This document shows positions 13,318 to 26,679 of a stretch of 64,000 nucleotides of DNA, one piece after another (the first letter of the stretch is position 1; the number at the start of each line of letters is the position of its first letter). Source of the DNA: Felis catus (lineage: Eukaryota); contig NC_058368.1 in assembly GCF_018350175.1 (NCBI RefSeq), positions 187,614,001 through 187,678,000 on the forward strand, given 5' to 3'. The notes under the pieces were generated by a model. That model had not been told where the DNA came from. It worked only from the letters and a program-made list of their open reading frames with translations, and did no database searches. The translations under genes were made by a program, and so were the position numbers.

Positions 13318-14928
13318 TCAAACACGCTCCCCGGCACTACGGCCTGCCACTTGAAGGCTGGCCCTCAGGACAAGCTGGATACAGGGCTCGGAACACCCTC
13401 AGGCCTCCTTCCCTCCCCTCACATCTGGCACATCAGCTGCATTCTTCTAGCTCACTGGAGTCCTTGGTCTCCATGGCAGAAAACAACTGTGGGCAGCTCC
13501 AAAGTTGATGGCTTTGTGCCCTCATCACACAGGCAGCTGAGGCCCAATGTGAAGCAGCCGGGGGCCCGGGGTCACGGACGGGCCCCTTGCCCACCACGTC
13601 ACATCACATGCCATGTTGGTTGGTTTGCAAGGGTTTGGGTGTATATAGCAGAAGGTCTACCTCTGGTGTGAGCACAGTGGTCGCCAGGCTGACTTCCGTG
13701 TGCCTTTGGCAGGGCAAGCCCTGTGAGATCCTGGCTCCTGGGATCTCATTAGGTCGTGCTTTGTCCTCGGATCTCTTTTTCTACACTGAGCCAGAAGCGG
13801 GGAGTGGAGGAGGAAGAAAACAGCAGATAAAATAGTTTCTGGGGCTTCTTGGCAAGTGGACCCCATACCTTTTAACCTTCTGCGTTAGGCTCTGGCTGCT
13901 GGAGTGCTTCCAAATCCCAGGAAAGGGGCCTTTTCCGTGAGCACTGTGTGCAGAGCTGACGCCAGCCCCTCTCCTCCAGGCTGTCTGTCAGCTTTTCGGA
14001 GAAGATGGAGAGGGCTGTTTGCAATTTGCTTCCTGGAATTCAGGGAGGGCATGGGGTGTTTTTCATTATAGAATTCTCACTCCCATCAAAGGGAAGTTTC
14101 AGGGAGCTTCTGCCTCAAGCAAGCCCCACCCCATTGCAGCCACCAGCCCTTCCCTTTTAGCCCCAGAGTCTAGGAGAATTGCTAGCTGGGTGGGATTCAC
14201 ATACCCTCCCCCGCCCAGAACTCCCCCAAACACTCCAGGGGCTCCTAGTGGGAGGTCGGAACTGCTTGCTCTTAGTTCAGAGACAGGCGGTGGCAATTAC
14301 AACTTCGGGCTCTAACTTTGGTATCATGTTTGCTTTCAACATTTGCTATATTGTTTGATTCTCAGAACAGCGCTGTAAGGTAGACAGTGTGAGTGTTACT
14401 GCCTCCATTTTATAGGTGAGGAAATGGAAGCTCAAATACAAGGACATGACTTCCTGTGATCACATAACCAGTAAGTTACAAGACTAGGGCTGGGACCCAC
14501 ATCTTCCAATCCAAAACCGGTCATCTCTCCCTATTTCCTTCACTGGCCAAGTGTGGCTTTGTCATCTGCACAAAGCAAATGACAGTTGTGATCCTGTTGC
14601 CCTTGATTAGGAGTGTTTTGTTCAGGCTGTGGACCAACTCTGGGCTGAGCACGTCCTATGTGCAGGGCAGGCACAGTGCTGGGCTCTGGTAACATAATAA
14701 AGAGCAAGACAAGCAGGGCCTTGCTTTCCTGGACCTTCCACACCAGCGGGAAGACACAGTTAGTGGGTCAAGAAGCCAATATAATTACAACTTGATCCAC
14801 GTGCTTTTGAAGGAAAAGCAAACCAGAGGTGGGTGAGATATTTTCGTTCTGTGACCAGGCAGGTCTCTCTGAGGAGACAGTAGTACAACTGAACCTTGAA
14901 GGATGAGGCAGGCAACTGTCTGTGGACT

Positions 14929-15024
14929 TCACAGGGAGAAGGTTAGGGTTGGGGCAGAGCTCACAGGGAGGAGGTTAAGGTTGGGGCAGAGCTCACAGAA
15001 AGGAAGTTAAGGTTGGGGCAAAGT
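14929..15024. repeat. 32-bp minisatellite x3
   Basis: TCACAGGGAGAAGGTTAGGGTTGGGGCAGAGC units at 14929, 14961, 14993. Confidence 0.92.
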
Positions 15025-15175
15025 TCTCTCCAACTGCTGAACAGTTAGGGTCTGCACACTGGGCTCAAAGATTTGAGTACAACACCTCATTGTTCCTATA
15101 AAACTCCAGGAGTTGGATATATTATTACTTCCATTAGATAGTTGAAAAACTAAGTGGGTGGGTTTCCCATGGCTT

Positions 15176-15361
15176 GTTTTTTAATGTCTATTTATTCAGA
15201 GAGAGAGAGAGACAGACAGAGACAAAGACAGAGAGAGATGATCCACAGCTCGCTCTTTGCTGAGAACAGAGAGTCTGATACGGGGCTGGAACCTATGAAC
15301 CGTGAAATAATGACCTGAGCCAAACTTGGAAACTTGACCGACTGAGCCACCCAGTGGCCCC
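15176..15361 (-). mobile_element. CAN-SINE
   Basis: (GA)n body and ...CCGACTGAGCCACCCAG head on minus strand; GGTTTCCC flanks. Confidence 0.88.
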
Positions 15362-17100
15362 TGGTTTCCCGTTGCTCTTAATTGCAGAGTGTATTACTAC
15401 CACTACCTGTCAGTGTGTCAAAACCTGACAACCAACAGGCCAGATTTATTTAAGCATAATATGTATCTTTCTGTCTCCCAGGCAAGGTGAATTCAGCAGC
15501 CTCGCTAAACGCTCAGGACAGTGTCCCACTCCAGTGTGGTCAGCAGGACACCGATGTCCCCACTTGTGGCCCTTTTCTCAGCAGTCTGGGCTGAGGGCCC
15601 TTAGGAGTGAACCAAGGGCTGATGTCCTGGGGGCCAAGGGCAGAAAAAAGGAGGAAGGCTCATCACCCTACATTAGCTCCTAGTGTTTTCCTAGAACATG
15701 TGTATCTGAATCTTTGGCGACTTAACTGAGAGATGAGAAGCCCAGGGACTGAGCAAATTAAAACCAGACTGAAGAACTTCATCCAAGTTTAGTACCTCAT
15801 GATTTCATTCTGGGAGGTTGACCTCCTAATGTATCTTTTTTTCTACGACAGGAAGACTGTCATGCAGCCTTCTTACTCAGCTCCCACCAGAAAGGAGAAT
15901 TTAGGAACTAAGATAGCTTTTAAAAAGGTGAGGAAGAACCAATACTTTTTTTCTCTCTGATCAATTGAACAGATACTTATGGAACACCTGCTGTGTGTAA
16001 AATGTTCTGCAAGCTCTCTCCCCAGAGTGAGGGTGGGGGCCCCCTGTGCTCTAGGAGGTCAGGAGGAACAAGGGATTAGAATTAGATCTGGTTTGGGTTG
16101 GAAAAACTGAGAAAGGGAGAAAACGTTTTTGAATCCAAGGACTCCTTTTGGATTTAGTCCATCGCCTTGTCTTCTCCTTGCTGTGGATTTTCTTGAGGGT
16201 AGAGTGTGGATCTCACTCATTAATCAGGAAAAGATTTCTCCAACACTCCCTGTGTGCAAGGAAGTTGGAAGACCTGGGGATATAGCAGGACCAGCTGGGG
16301 TCCCTGCTCCCATGGGGTTTCCACTTTACTAAGAGAGAAAACAGGCCCAGTAAGCAGGTTAACAAGCAAACACAACGAATACACATGCGTTGTTGTAAGG
16401 GCTAGAAAAGACACAGACGAGCTGAAGTCCAGAGGGAGAGCTGTCTGAGAGGGCATGTCAGGGAAGGCCTTGGAGGAAGTGACATTTAAGCTGAAACATG
16501 AGGAATAAAGAGCCAGGGAGCCAACAGGGTGCGGCTCCTAGGCTGGCAGAACAGAGCTTGGCCTAAAGGAGGTGGGGTGGCTAGGCATGGGGGAGCAGGA
16601 GAGGCAGGGGGAGCTGGGACTGGGGCGGTGACAGCAAGGGCCAGGTCATTTAGGGCCTTGTGGGCCACGTCAGGGTTTCCAATGTTTGCTATTTGCAGCC
16701 GGCAACAACTGGAGTAAGACCCTCCAGGAAGTGATGTGGCTGAGTTATGGTTTTGAACAGTCCTTCTGGCTTCACATGGTGAGTACGTTTTGGGGGGGAG
16801 GGTGGAGGGAAGCAAGAGACCAGTGAGGAGGCTCCTGCTGGGATTAAGCAAGGAGTGAGCGCTGGGGCTGTGCTTTGTGCTGGTTTTTTGGTTCAGCTCA
16901 TGGGAACACCCTATTAACACTCCAAAGGGACTTGTTGATGTCAGGGCCAAGGACCCCCAACCCCCACCCCATCACCTTGACTAAGCCACGTGTGGGCCTC
17001 TCAAAGGACAGGAGGTTTTTCCCAAGCATCGATTTCCTCAAGTATTCTGAGGAGAAAAAGCATCACTTCTACGTTTTCAGTCATGTATTATATATACACA

Positions 17101-17129
17101 GGTGTATGTGTGTATGTGTGTGTTTACAG

Positions 17130-17178
<49 letters not shown>
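17101..17178. repeat. (TG)n microsatellite
   Basis: Imperfect then about 24 perfect TG units. Confidence 0.97.
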
Positions 17179-17182
<4 letters not shown>

Positions 17183-17289
17183 CTGATATGAAAGAAATCT
17201 CTCCATTGCTATGTGTGGCTTTGGCAAATGCTTCAAGGTCTCCTCTGTGATTCGGAATATTTAGGAGGAAAATCTAAGAAATGCTGACA

Positions 17290-17690
17290 TAATGGAAAGC
17301 ATTTGGGCATTAGGGTCAGCCAAACCCAAGTTCAAATATAACTTCTGCCATGAACTAGTTGTGTAAATATGAGCAAATTAGCCTCTCTGAGTTTCAGTTT
17401 CCTCTTATATAAAACACAAAAATAGCAGGGGGAAGGGAGAGAGGTGTAATAGATGAAGTGTAGTCTTCAGAATCCTTCAGACATCGGTTTGAACGTAGTC
17501 CCCATCGCTCCAATTGTGCGACTTTGGGTAAATCATTTCACTTCTCGAAGCCTCTGTTTCTTCCTCTGAAAAATGGGACAATAAGTTTATCACCCTCATA
17601 GAATTTATTATAAATGCCAAATAAAATAATTCATGCAAAGAGCCTCACACAGTGCCTGGAACATTGTAGGTGTCTAATAAAGTCAGTTTA
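17290..17690 (+). mobile_element. Two adjacent MIR elements
   Basis: CTCTCTGAGTTTCAGTTTCCTC and GACTTTGGGTAAATCATTTCACTTCTC..CTGAAAAATGGG..CACAGTGCCTGGAACAT. Confidence 0.7.
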
Positions 17691-20433
17691 CCTCTGCCTC
17701 AGTTTCCCTGTCTGTAACTAAAGGGGTTGGTCCGTTGGGGTCCTCCTCAAGTTTCTAAATTTATTTAAAATAGCTTGGAAGAGGTAACCTATCTGGATTT
17801 TTTGGGGGGCTCTGGCTCCCCTCCAAGCATCTAGCCCCCAGGTTTGCTTACCACCATAGTGTGGAGAGTAGCCATGGGGGCCAGACTCAGGAGGGTGAGG
17901 GCACTGTCTGGGAGCAGGACTTTTCGGAGCCTTGTTTTTCTTGGAGGTGCGCTAGAGGCAGAGTCTCTCCTCTCCCTCCAGAATCTAGTCTCCCCGCCTT
18001 CATTTCCAAAACAGTTCCTGGCTCAGACTGCGGGAACCACCAGCCTCCAGCTCTGAGAAATCCCTTCCTCCCTGCCTGTTCCAGAGCCCTGCTGCTCCAC
18101 CCAGCCACTGGGGCCTGCTCTGGGCCAGCTGTCATCGAGCGAGATCCCCTGTTGTCCAAAGAGGCAGAGGTAGGCAGGACAGCAGACCCTGCTCCCTCTT
18201 TCTGGGCTTGTATGGCTGAGAGTGATCATCAGAAGAGAGAAGGGGGCTGCAAACTGAAACAGATGCATCCTCTCTCTCCTTCCTCTCTCATCTAGCTGTC
18301 TCTCCTTCCTGCCTTTCTTCATCTAGCTGTTTGCACGACTCTCATCTGCCTGGGAGACTCACTCCCACCCACTTCCTTCCTCCCTCTCCCTGGTCCAAAA
18401 TGTTTGCAGTTGCAACTTTTCCAAACCATTACAAACCTGCTTTGAGAATTGAGTTTCTCTTGTGGGCGCCCAGATGTGTCACAGCTCACAAGTAACAATG
18501 ACAGTTTTCCAAGACTCTCATCAAGCAGACCAGGAGAGGAGATGGAGATAGCTGGGGCCTGGGAGCGTTGGGGACACGGTTCTCTGAAAGTACATCATGC
18601 ATATGACACTTCCACCGTGTTCACCGGGTCTGCCAACCTCCTCTACTGTCATTTAGGCCAACCATGTTGAGTACATGTGACACCAGAGGCACATCAAACT
18701 ATAACTTGATTTTTGTCTCCTCTGCCCCTTTGTGATGAAGCCAAGGAAGCCCTGGCAATCCACTCCCATCAAATCCAATCTTCGATCTTTATTCAAAGGT
18801 GACACTTCCTCAGCAAAGATGTGAAGCTGGCAGGGCCATCCGCTCCCTTTCTCAGCTCACCCCTTTCCAGGCTGAAGGAAGGAGAGATAAGGGGTCAGGA
18901 AGCAGGAGGGCTCTTCATGCTTCTTGGCAGGGATAGGGACTGAACTGCTCTGCCTCTCTGGGCCTGGCAGACATTGAAGCTGCCTCTTTCGGGGGTGCCT
19001 TTTGCTGGCACCCTGGGGTTGCCATATTGGACTCTGACCATAACAGCCCTGAAGCAGGCACACACATTCTCTGTTTGTTGGCAAGTCCAGGCCTCGCCCT
19101 TGGCCTCCAGCTTTCTGGTGTCTGCCCTGCATGGTTATCACTGCTGGGGCCCCTCACTTTCTGTCCAGACCCTTCTGGCCCAGGCTGGCTCCCACTGGGG
19201 AATGTCTACTGCCTTCCATCTCCTGGGGAGGCGAGAAGGCAATTGGCCCCCTTCCCATGTGCTCTTTCCCCTTTTGCCCAGCCAGTCTCTCACCTTCCAG
19301 CTTTCTCACACAGGCCTCAGAGGCACGGCCACTGTCCCTCCCCCTCCCAGGGACACAGGTCATATTTTAAAATCCTTGATCTGCCAAGAGCGCCAGGAGT
19401 CATGCAGTGGGCTCACACTGTTCCTTTGTCGATTCTTTGCTTTGGCCTGACCACTCCATTTAGCATACAGCCTCTGATGAATCCTGGTGCCCAGGTGGAA
19501 GTTTCGATTGTAACACTCTCTTACACTCGCTCTCTAAGTCTTGCTTTTCCCCCTTCTTGGAGACAAGTTGCCCAGAGCTCACCTGTGCCCCAGTCCAGTT
19601 CTTCTTCTCCATGTGGGGCCTCAGGCCTTCCCTCCATTCCAGCAGATGCCCTTCCCCAGGGTCCTTGGTGCTGTGCTCCTGTCTGGGGCTTTCCAAGGTC
19701 TCTGTGCATATTTGGGGGGGGGGGCCTGCCCGAGAGTCTTTAAGAACGGGTGCGCAATGCCACAGATAACAGTGCTCTTGATTAAAAAGGGTTACTAGAA
19801 AGGGCTAGGGAGGCATTAAAGATACTGAAATAATTTACCAGACTGAAATAATTTTCTTGACTTAATCAGGATTAAAGAAATTTTAAAGACAATAACTTTG
19901 TTATTATATGACATAATGTTATTGAAAACAGCATCTAGTACTAAATCACCTCTACCTGGCCAGGGCACCATTATGACACCTATCTAGAGAAACCATCTGA
20001 GGTCCAAACAAGGTGAGCCTTGGCTGGAACTAGAACAGCCCCTGCATCTGGGGCAGTACAGCACTGTGGTCTCCCCTCCTCTCCCTGGCAGAAGAGGCCT
20101 GGTTTTCTCTCCCCTTCATCTGTCCCCAGGGTTAAGGATTCTGGAGGGGCCAGGAGGACAGGTAGAGTCAGCCTGTTTCCAGAGGCAGCCTGAAGTCTGG
20201 ACAGGCTCCTAGGACCAGGGCAAAGCAAGGTTGGAAGGAAAGGGAGGTTGAGGGCCCAGGAGGAGAGGGGGCCTGCCAGCACCACAGCACCTGTGGTTTG
20301 AAGGCTCTGGTTAGTTAGCCCAAAGCAGTGCAGTCACAGTGGAGCCAGCAAGGGTTACATATCTGCGAGAAGGCAGGTTGAAGTCTGAAAGGCTCAGCAC
20401 CAGAGGTGAAGAGACCTGAGAGACCATCTAGTC

Positions 20434-20621
20434 TAGTGATTCTCAAAGTGGGTCCCTGAACTACCAGCAGCAGCATCACTCAGATACTCATTTATAATGC
20501 AAATCCTCCAGCCCCAGCCCAGACCTACTGAATCATAAACCCTGGGGGCGAGGCCCAGCAAGCCAGGTTTAAACAAGCCCTCCAGGTGAGTCTGACCCAC
20601 GCAGAAGTGTGGGAACCACTG
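20434..20621. mobile_element. MER5A-like MITE nested in a MIR
   Basis: AGTGATTCTCAAAGTG..CAGCAGCAGCATCAC..AGACCTACTGAATCA..AACAAGCCCTCCAGGTGA..GAACCACTG. Confidence 0.85.
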
Positions 20622-21559
20622 ACCTAGCTCAAACCCCTTATTGCTCAGGTGGGAAAACAGACCCAGAGAGGGAAGAGGTCTTGCCTAAGGTGACAAAGCA
20701 AGCTACACTTTGGAGCTCATCCCCACGGGAAGAAATCATGCCTGGAAAGTTGGTTCTTGAGAGAGAGGCTGTCGATTGCAAAGTGACCGAGCCAATTTAT
20801 TGAGAGATCTTGGTCAAGTTGCTTATTCCTGCTCTGGACCAAAGCATCTGCGTCTTTACGTGTGGGGCTGGGAGTGCATCATTTCCGAGCATATAACATT
20901 CTGGCTTCTGGTGATCGTGCTACTGCAGCCACCAGCCTTGAGGACACAGTGCAAAATCAAAATACATTGAGACTTGCAACATTTCTTTAAAAATGACTTC
21001 CCATACCACTTTTCCAGGAAGCCCTTACAGGATGGGTGCCACCAAACTGAGGGATTTTTTAAAAATTGTTTTTAATTAAACAAAGAGAGAAAGACCTAGG
21101 ATTCCTAAAACAGGAGATATAACCCAGGAGAGAGGCAAAGACGATCGCCACAATGATCATAAAGAAGAAGCTAGGATGGCAACTGGTTAGCATGTGTGGG
21201 GATCCAAACAGGAGGATGGGGGGCTCCGGGACTTCTATCATCAGGAAAATAAATGGAACAAATTATCTGATATATTTGGTAGTGTGGAAAATAGTGACTT
21301 AGGGAACTAAGCCAAAGAAAAAATTAAGTTAATATCTCCAGTAAGGAAAAAATGTACAAGAAAGGACATATAATTATAGTATAGTGCTTAGCTTAGCAAT
21401 AAACAATACTCATAATAATCCAGAGTGTAAATTTTGACTTTATCACAAATTATATTTTAACTACATGTGGGAGAAGAAATAGGGGCTAGGGTGTTGGAAG
21501 GGGGCATATTCTTCATCTGTCAGAAATGAAATTCAAAAGATAATGTCTAAAATTGATAA

Positions 21560-21865
21560 GGGGCACCTGACTGGCTCAGTCGATAGAGCATGCAATTCTT
21601 GATCTCAGGGTTGTGAGTTCAAGCCCCATGTTGGGCGTGCTGCCTACTTAATTAAAAACTTTTGCGGGGGGTGCCTGGATGGCTCAGTCACTTAAGCAAC
21701 CGATTCTTAATTTTGGCTCAGGTTCGTGATTTCGAGCCCCACATTGGGGGCTGGCAGCACAGAGCCTGCTTGGAATCTCTCTCTCTCCCTCCTCTCTCTG
21801 CCTCTCCCCTGCTTGTGCTCGCTTGCTCGCTCTCTCAAAATAAATAAACATTTAAAAATTTAAAA
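21560..21865 (+). mobile_element. Two tandem CAN-SINEs (short form 21560-21655, long form 21667-21865)
   Basis: Two tRNA-like heads, each with an A-rich end. Confidence 0.85.
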
Positions 21866-22059
21866 TAGTCTTTAAATAAAAATAAAAACTTTTTTGATAA
21901 ATAAAAAACCATATACACAAGAAGAAATAGCTGAAAGGATTTGAGGTAGGGTGTGAGGTTAAGGATAGGTAGGACTGGAGATCACAGTTTTATGCTGTGT
22001 GTGACTTATAATATTATTTGACTTCACAAACAATGTAAGTGTATTATTTCACTTACTTC

Positions 22060-22274
22060 TTTTTTAAATTTTTTTAATGTTTATTTTTGAGAGAGAGACA
22101 GACAGAGCACAGGCTGGGGAGGGGTAGAGAAAGAGGGAGACACAGAATCCGAAGCAGGCTCCAGGCTCTGAGCTGTCAGCACAGAGCCCGAGGTGGAGCT
22201 CGAACTCACAAACCACGAGATCATGACCTGAGTCAAAGTTGGACGTTTAACTGACTGAGCCACCCAGGTGTCCC
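22060..22274 (-). mobile_element. CAN-SINE
   Basis: Typical body and head on minus strand. Confidence 0.92.
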
Positions 22275-23010
22275 TTCATTTAATTCTTAAAAAAAAAAAA
22301 AAAAAGTATGCATTATAGCCTGCAGCAGAGGGGCACACACTGTGAATCTAGCCCGTCTGGCTCAAACCCCAGCCCTGTCACCTGCTAATTGCAGGAGTCA
22401 GGCTTGTTGTTAAAATTTCTGGGCATCCACTGCCTCACCTGTGTCTCTCTGGCAAGGATGCTCTGAGGTAAGTAACGTACAGAAAGCACTTAGCCCATGC
22501 CTGGTGCACAGGAAGCACTTAGAAGAGAGGCTGCTACCATGACCTGCTGTGCTGCTCGAGTCTGGGGCACCTTGACTCAGAACCAGAGCCTCAGTGCTTA
22601 CCCGGCCATGTGCTACCCTGAGTCCCCCTGGAGAAGCAGCATAGTTGCAAATCATCACCTACAATTCAAAGTATTTCTACTTGTGCCACGGATTCGAATG
22701 AAATCCTAGCTTGTTTCTTTCCGCCCACTGCTCCTCCCAATCGGCCTGACTGGGCCATTAGGTCCTACCTCTGTTTCAGCTACACTGAAGGACAGCAGTG
22801 CGATGATGAGTGCCTCACCCCCAAGACTTCTCCAAAGTGTCCGTGACTCGGTTCATCCAAATATGTCCTCAAGACATGAGAACACTGTCCAGCCACTTGT
22901 ATATGATGGAGGAGAGAGTCTCTTCCGGCCGCCTCCCCTCCTCCTCTGGTTTCCTTTCTGACTGACCACCAATCAGCTCACAGCTCTTTTGCCTTCCACA
23001 GGTGACCACC

Positions 23011-23254
23011 ATGATCCCTTGGGTATTCTTGGCCTGTGCCCTCCCTTGTGCAGCTGACCCGCTGCTTGGTGCCTTCGCCCGCAGGGACTTCCAAAAGGGC
23101 TCCCCTCAACTTGTCTGCAGCCTGCCTGGCCCCCAAGGCCCGCCTGGCCCCCCGGGAGCCCCAGGGCCCTCAGGAATGGTGGGAAGAATGGGCTTTCCTG
23201 GAAAAGATGGCCAGGATGGCCAGGATGGGGACCGGGGGGACAGCGGAGAGGAAG
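23011..23254 (+). CDS. C1QTNF2: C1q/TNF-related protein 2 (CTRP2), first coding exon: signal peptide and start of collagen domain
   Basis: ACCACCATG Kozak context; MIPWVFLACALPCAADPLLGAFARRDFQKGSPQLVCSLPGPQGPPG... matches the recalled CTRP2 N-terminus; Gly-X-Y repeats; donor G|GTAAGA at 23254/23255 (phase 1). Confidence 0.97.
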
Positions 23255-23489
23255 GTAAGAGGCCCAGTGCCTGTCTCTCCTATTCCTGCCTGGGGTTGAC
23301 ATCCTCTGGCACAGAGGGAGTTTAGTTATGAAAACCGGTATGAATCCCATTTCATTATAAACCAAATTAATGTCTTTTTAAAAAACAGAGCAGTGTATTC
23401 TCCTGAAAGGAACAGTAGGTATCAGATCTTGTGTTCCTTCGCCAGCTGCACCATTGACTTGCTGAGTTGCTTTAAGCAAGTCTCCTGAT

Positions 23490-23950
23490 ATATGATTCAG
23501 AACACCTTTGGCTGCAAGTGACAGAACTCAATTCATAGCCTTGAATGGAATTTATTGGCTCATGCAACCAGGAAGTTCAGGAGCCAAGCTTCAGCAATGG
23601 CTGGGTCTGGGAGCTCAAAGCTGTTGTCAAGGCTCTGCTTATCTGTGTGTGTGGGTTTTGTTTTCACAAAGGCTGGAAGTTTTGAAATGGCTGCCAATGG
23701 GCTCGAGTCTAACTCTTCATGGTTTGATCCACAGAGCAAATCTCAGCATGACTAATCCTTCTAAATCATATAGGTATCCCGGACCACCAATCCTTTTGGC
23801 CATGGAGATGAGGTACTACGATCTTCCAGGACTGGGTCATGTGCCCACCCCTGGTGTGTGTGAGTGGGTGGTGAGTTGGTCATTGTGGTTGACAGCCTTG
23901 CTGGGATCACACGAAGTCATGAAGGAGGAGATGCCAGGCAGCCAGCAGAC
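23490..23950. mobile_element. Ancient ERVL/MaLR-type LTR remnant (subfamily uncertain)
   Basis: GGCTGCAAGTGACAGAACTCAA..GGAATTTATTGGCTCATGCAACCAGGAAGTTCAG..GGGTCATGTGCCCACCCCTG; related remnant near 1690-2200. Confidence 0.5.
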
Positions 23951-25502
23951 TGGACAGTCTCTACAGGCCCTTTCAGCCTTGACATTCTTTGTCTCAGAAC
24001 TTTTAATGTCAGCAACATCCCTAAATGTATGTTTTAAGCAGTAGGGGAATCATAATAACTTTTATTTGTATGGCATTTTAATGTTGACAAAGCACTTTTG
24101 AGTATGCTGCTCCACTGATTGTCCATACCATGCTATGAAGGAGGTATTCTTACTATCCCCACGTTACAGATGAGGAAACTGAGGGTCAAGGGTGATTAAG
24201 TTGAGAACAGCACGTCATGGCTGCGAGACCTGAACTCTGGAAACAAACTTGGGGACCTGTTTTGGTGAATTAGTTAACCTTTCTTCATTCCTCAGCTGCT
24301 TCATCTCTAAAATAGAGATGATAACAGCACCTACCCCACAGGGGTCTGATGATGATAAAATATGATGTGTGAGGCATCAGCCTCAAGTAGATGTACAATA
24401 AATGGTCATCTCCCCCTAATTGATTGCTGAGATCATGTAATAGGCTGGTACCTGACTCCAAATCTAGACCTTCTCCTACCATACTAAATTAACTCCTCCA
24501 AAGCACCTCCTTCCCCACAGAATAACTATATAAATAATGGTAATGGCTTTGACTTGGGGAGGTATCACAGTGTGTCAAGCACTCATGTCATGGTATCCCA
24601 TTCCATGGGATACCCCAGTGGTAGCTTCAGTCTGGACTAGTGCTCCAAGCAGGGCCAGACTGAGTTTTCCCTGACATTCATCTTACAGGTCCCAGAGGTG
24701 AGAGGGTATCTCTGCTATTGACTTTTTCTCCTTGATCAAGAGCCATGAGGATATAGGCTTGGCCATCTCTCCTGCCCATGCAGAGAGTCTCTGCTGAGAA
24801 TTAAGGCAACACACCAAGGAAGGTGGTGTTAAGAGACAGAGAGTCCTGACCTGCAAAGCTGGGCCACTCTGGGACAAGTACAGGATATCATCAAACCACC
24901 TCTCCCTGACATACACATAGAAATCCATCTCCAAAAAGGTCTTAAAAACTAAAACCAGCTTTTCTTGAAGTTTCTTGAAAGGGTATCAAGAAGGAGGTAC
25001 ACCACATAACACACTGTAGAACTTCCTGATAAGCTTTCTTATCTGTTTGTCTTACCCCAAAATCTCCAAAATGACTCAGTCTTTATTCCTCCTCACCTTT
25101 CTCCCTCTATTAAAGCAATAAGTTTTGCTTATTTTTATTTTTTCATGGGACAGTTTTATAATCTGACTTTTTCCCCATGTAAAATTTTTTAAATTACAAG
25201 TAATACACAAATAAATTCTTATTGTAATATATTCAAACAATACAAATAAAGCAAGAGAGCTCCTTAATTCCTACCCTTCTCATCTTCTTCTCACTTTCCA
25301 GAGGTAATTACTATTAATTGGATAGATGTATATCCTTCCTGGCCTTTTTCTACATAATTTATATATGTGCATAGTAATACCAGGCATTCATTGCCAGGCC
25401 CTTAACATAAGCAATCTGCTCCTGAAAATTAAATGAGAAATTTCAGTGAGAAAATGCTCTTTGGGAATCTATTTCCCAATTACTTAAAATAGGAAGAATT
25501 TA

Positions 25503-25740
25503 GGGGCGCCTGGGTGGCGCAGTTGGTTAAGCGTCCGACTTCAGCCAGGTCACGATCTCGCGGTCCGTGAGTTCGAGCCCCGCATCGGGCTCTGGGCTGA
25601 TGGCTCAGAGCCTGGAGCCTGTTTCCGATTCTGTGTCTCCCTCTCTCTCTGCCCCTCCCCCGTTCATGCTCTGTCTCTCTCTGTCCCAAAAATAAATAAA
25701 CGTCGAAAAAAAAATTAAAAAAAAATAAAAATAAAAAAAA
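25503..25740 (+). mobile_element. Young felid SINE (SINEC_Fc-like) in intron 2
   Basis: Perfect TSD AAAATAGGAAGAATTTA 25486-25502 and 25738-25754. Confidence 0.97.
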
Positions 25741-26486
25741 ATAGGAAGAATTTAAATGCATTACATGTTAACTCAAAAGTTTAAGACACAGTAAAATGCC
25801 TACATATATGCATATAAGAAGCAAAGTACCTTTTTAGAATGAAAAATGCCTACAGCATTGCTTTTTGATCACCCAGTTCATTTGGTGGTTACAAACAGTC
25901 ACCTACGTACAATAATACTAGAATGACTTCTGGCACCAGCAAACTTCAGAAGCAGGCCCTCGATTAACATTCAGCAAACTTTTCAAACACCTACACCCAA
26001 TTCTGCCAGTCTACCAATTGTACCAATTATACAATTGTATTTAGATATGACTCAAATCTTTACCCACTTTTGTTTAAAATGATGTATTGAATTTGGGGGA
26101 CATAAATAGACATGTTTCCTGTATAATCATTAGCCAAAAATACTGTATTGAGAGAAATGCACCTGTTATGAAATCTGGGTATAAAAAACCAAGGGTCATT
26201 CTACAGGGAAACATTACTTGGGGAATGTTCTTCAGGATATGCCAACTATATTCTGTGAGTGTTTACTATGGGCCAGCAACTCTCCTATGCACTTAAATGG
26301 TTGTAGAACTAGTTCGTGTTGTGGTTTCCTTTCAACAAAAAAGTTTCAGTCACCTGCTTTTTCCTCTCAACAGTGTACTTTAGAGAAGTTTTCAAATAGT
26401 ACACATAAATCACCTCACTTTTTTAAAACTCCTGTATAGAATTGCACATTATGGGTAGACCATAATTTTGGAATCATTTCTCTTTG

Positions 26487-26679
26487 AATGTTTATTTATT
26501 TTGGGGGAAGAGAGAGAGCACTTACAAGCCGGGGAAGGGCAGAGAGACAGGGACTGAAGATCTGAAGCAAGCTCTGTGCTGACAGCAGAGAACCTGATGT
26601 GGGGCTCAAACTCACGAACTGTGAGATCATGACCTGAACCGAAGTTGGATGCTCAACCAACTGAGCCACCAGGTGCCCC
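26487..26679 (-). mobile_element. CAN-SINE
   Basis: TSD GAATCATTTCTCTTTG on both sides. Confidence 0.92.

Noticed and set aside
18974..19798. Overlapping long ORFs (238 aa, 158 aa) in intron 1
   Set aside because: No recognisable protein, no clear splice structure, Pro/Ser/Leu composition typical of chance ORFs in GC-rich DNA
23255..23325. ORF 23002-23325 continuing past exon 2 (KRPSACLSYS...)
   Set aside because: Read-through into intron 2; the consensus donor at 23255 and the in-frame collagen continuation at 27194 explain the gene
24592..24614. Perfect 10-bp hairpin GGTATCCCAT-TCC-ATGGGATACC
   Set aside because: Isolated short stem with no pre-miRNA-length structure; no supporting context
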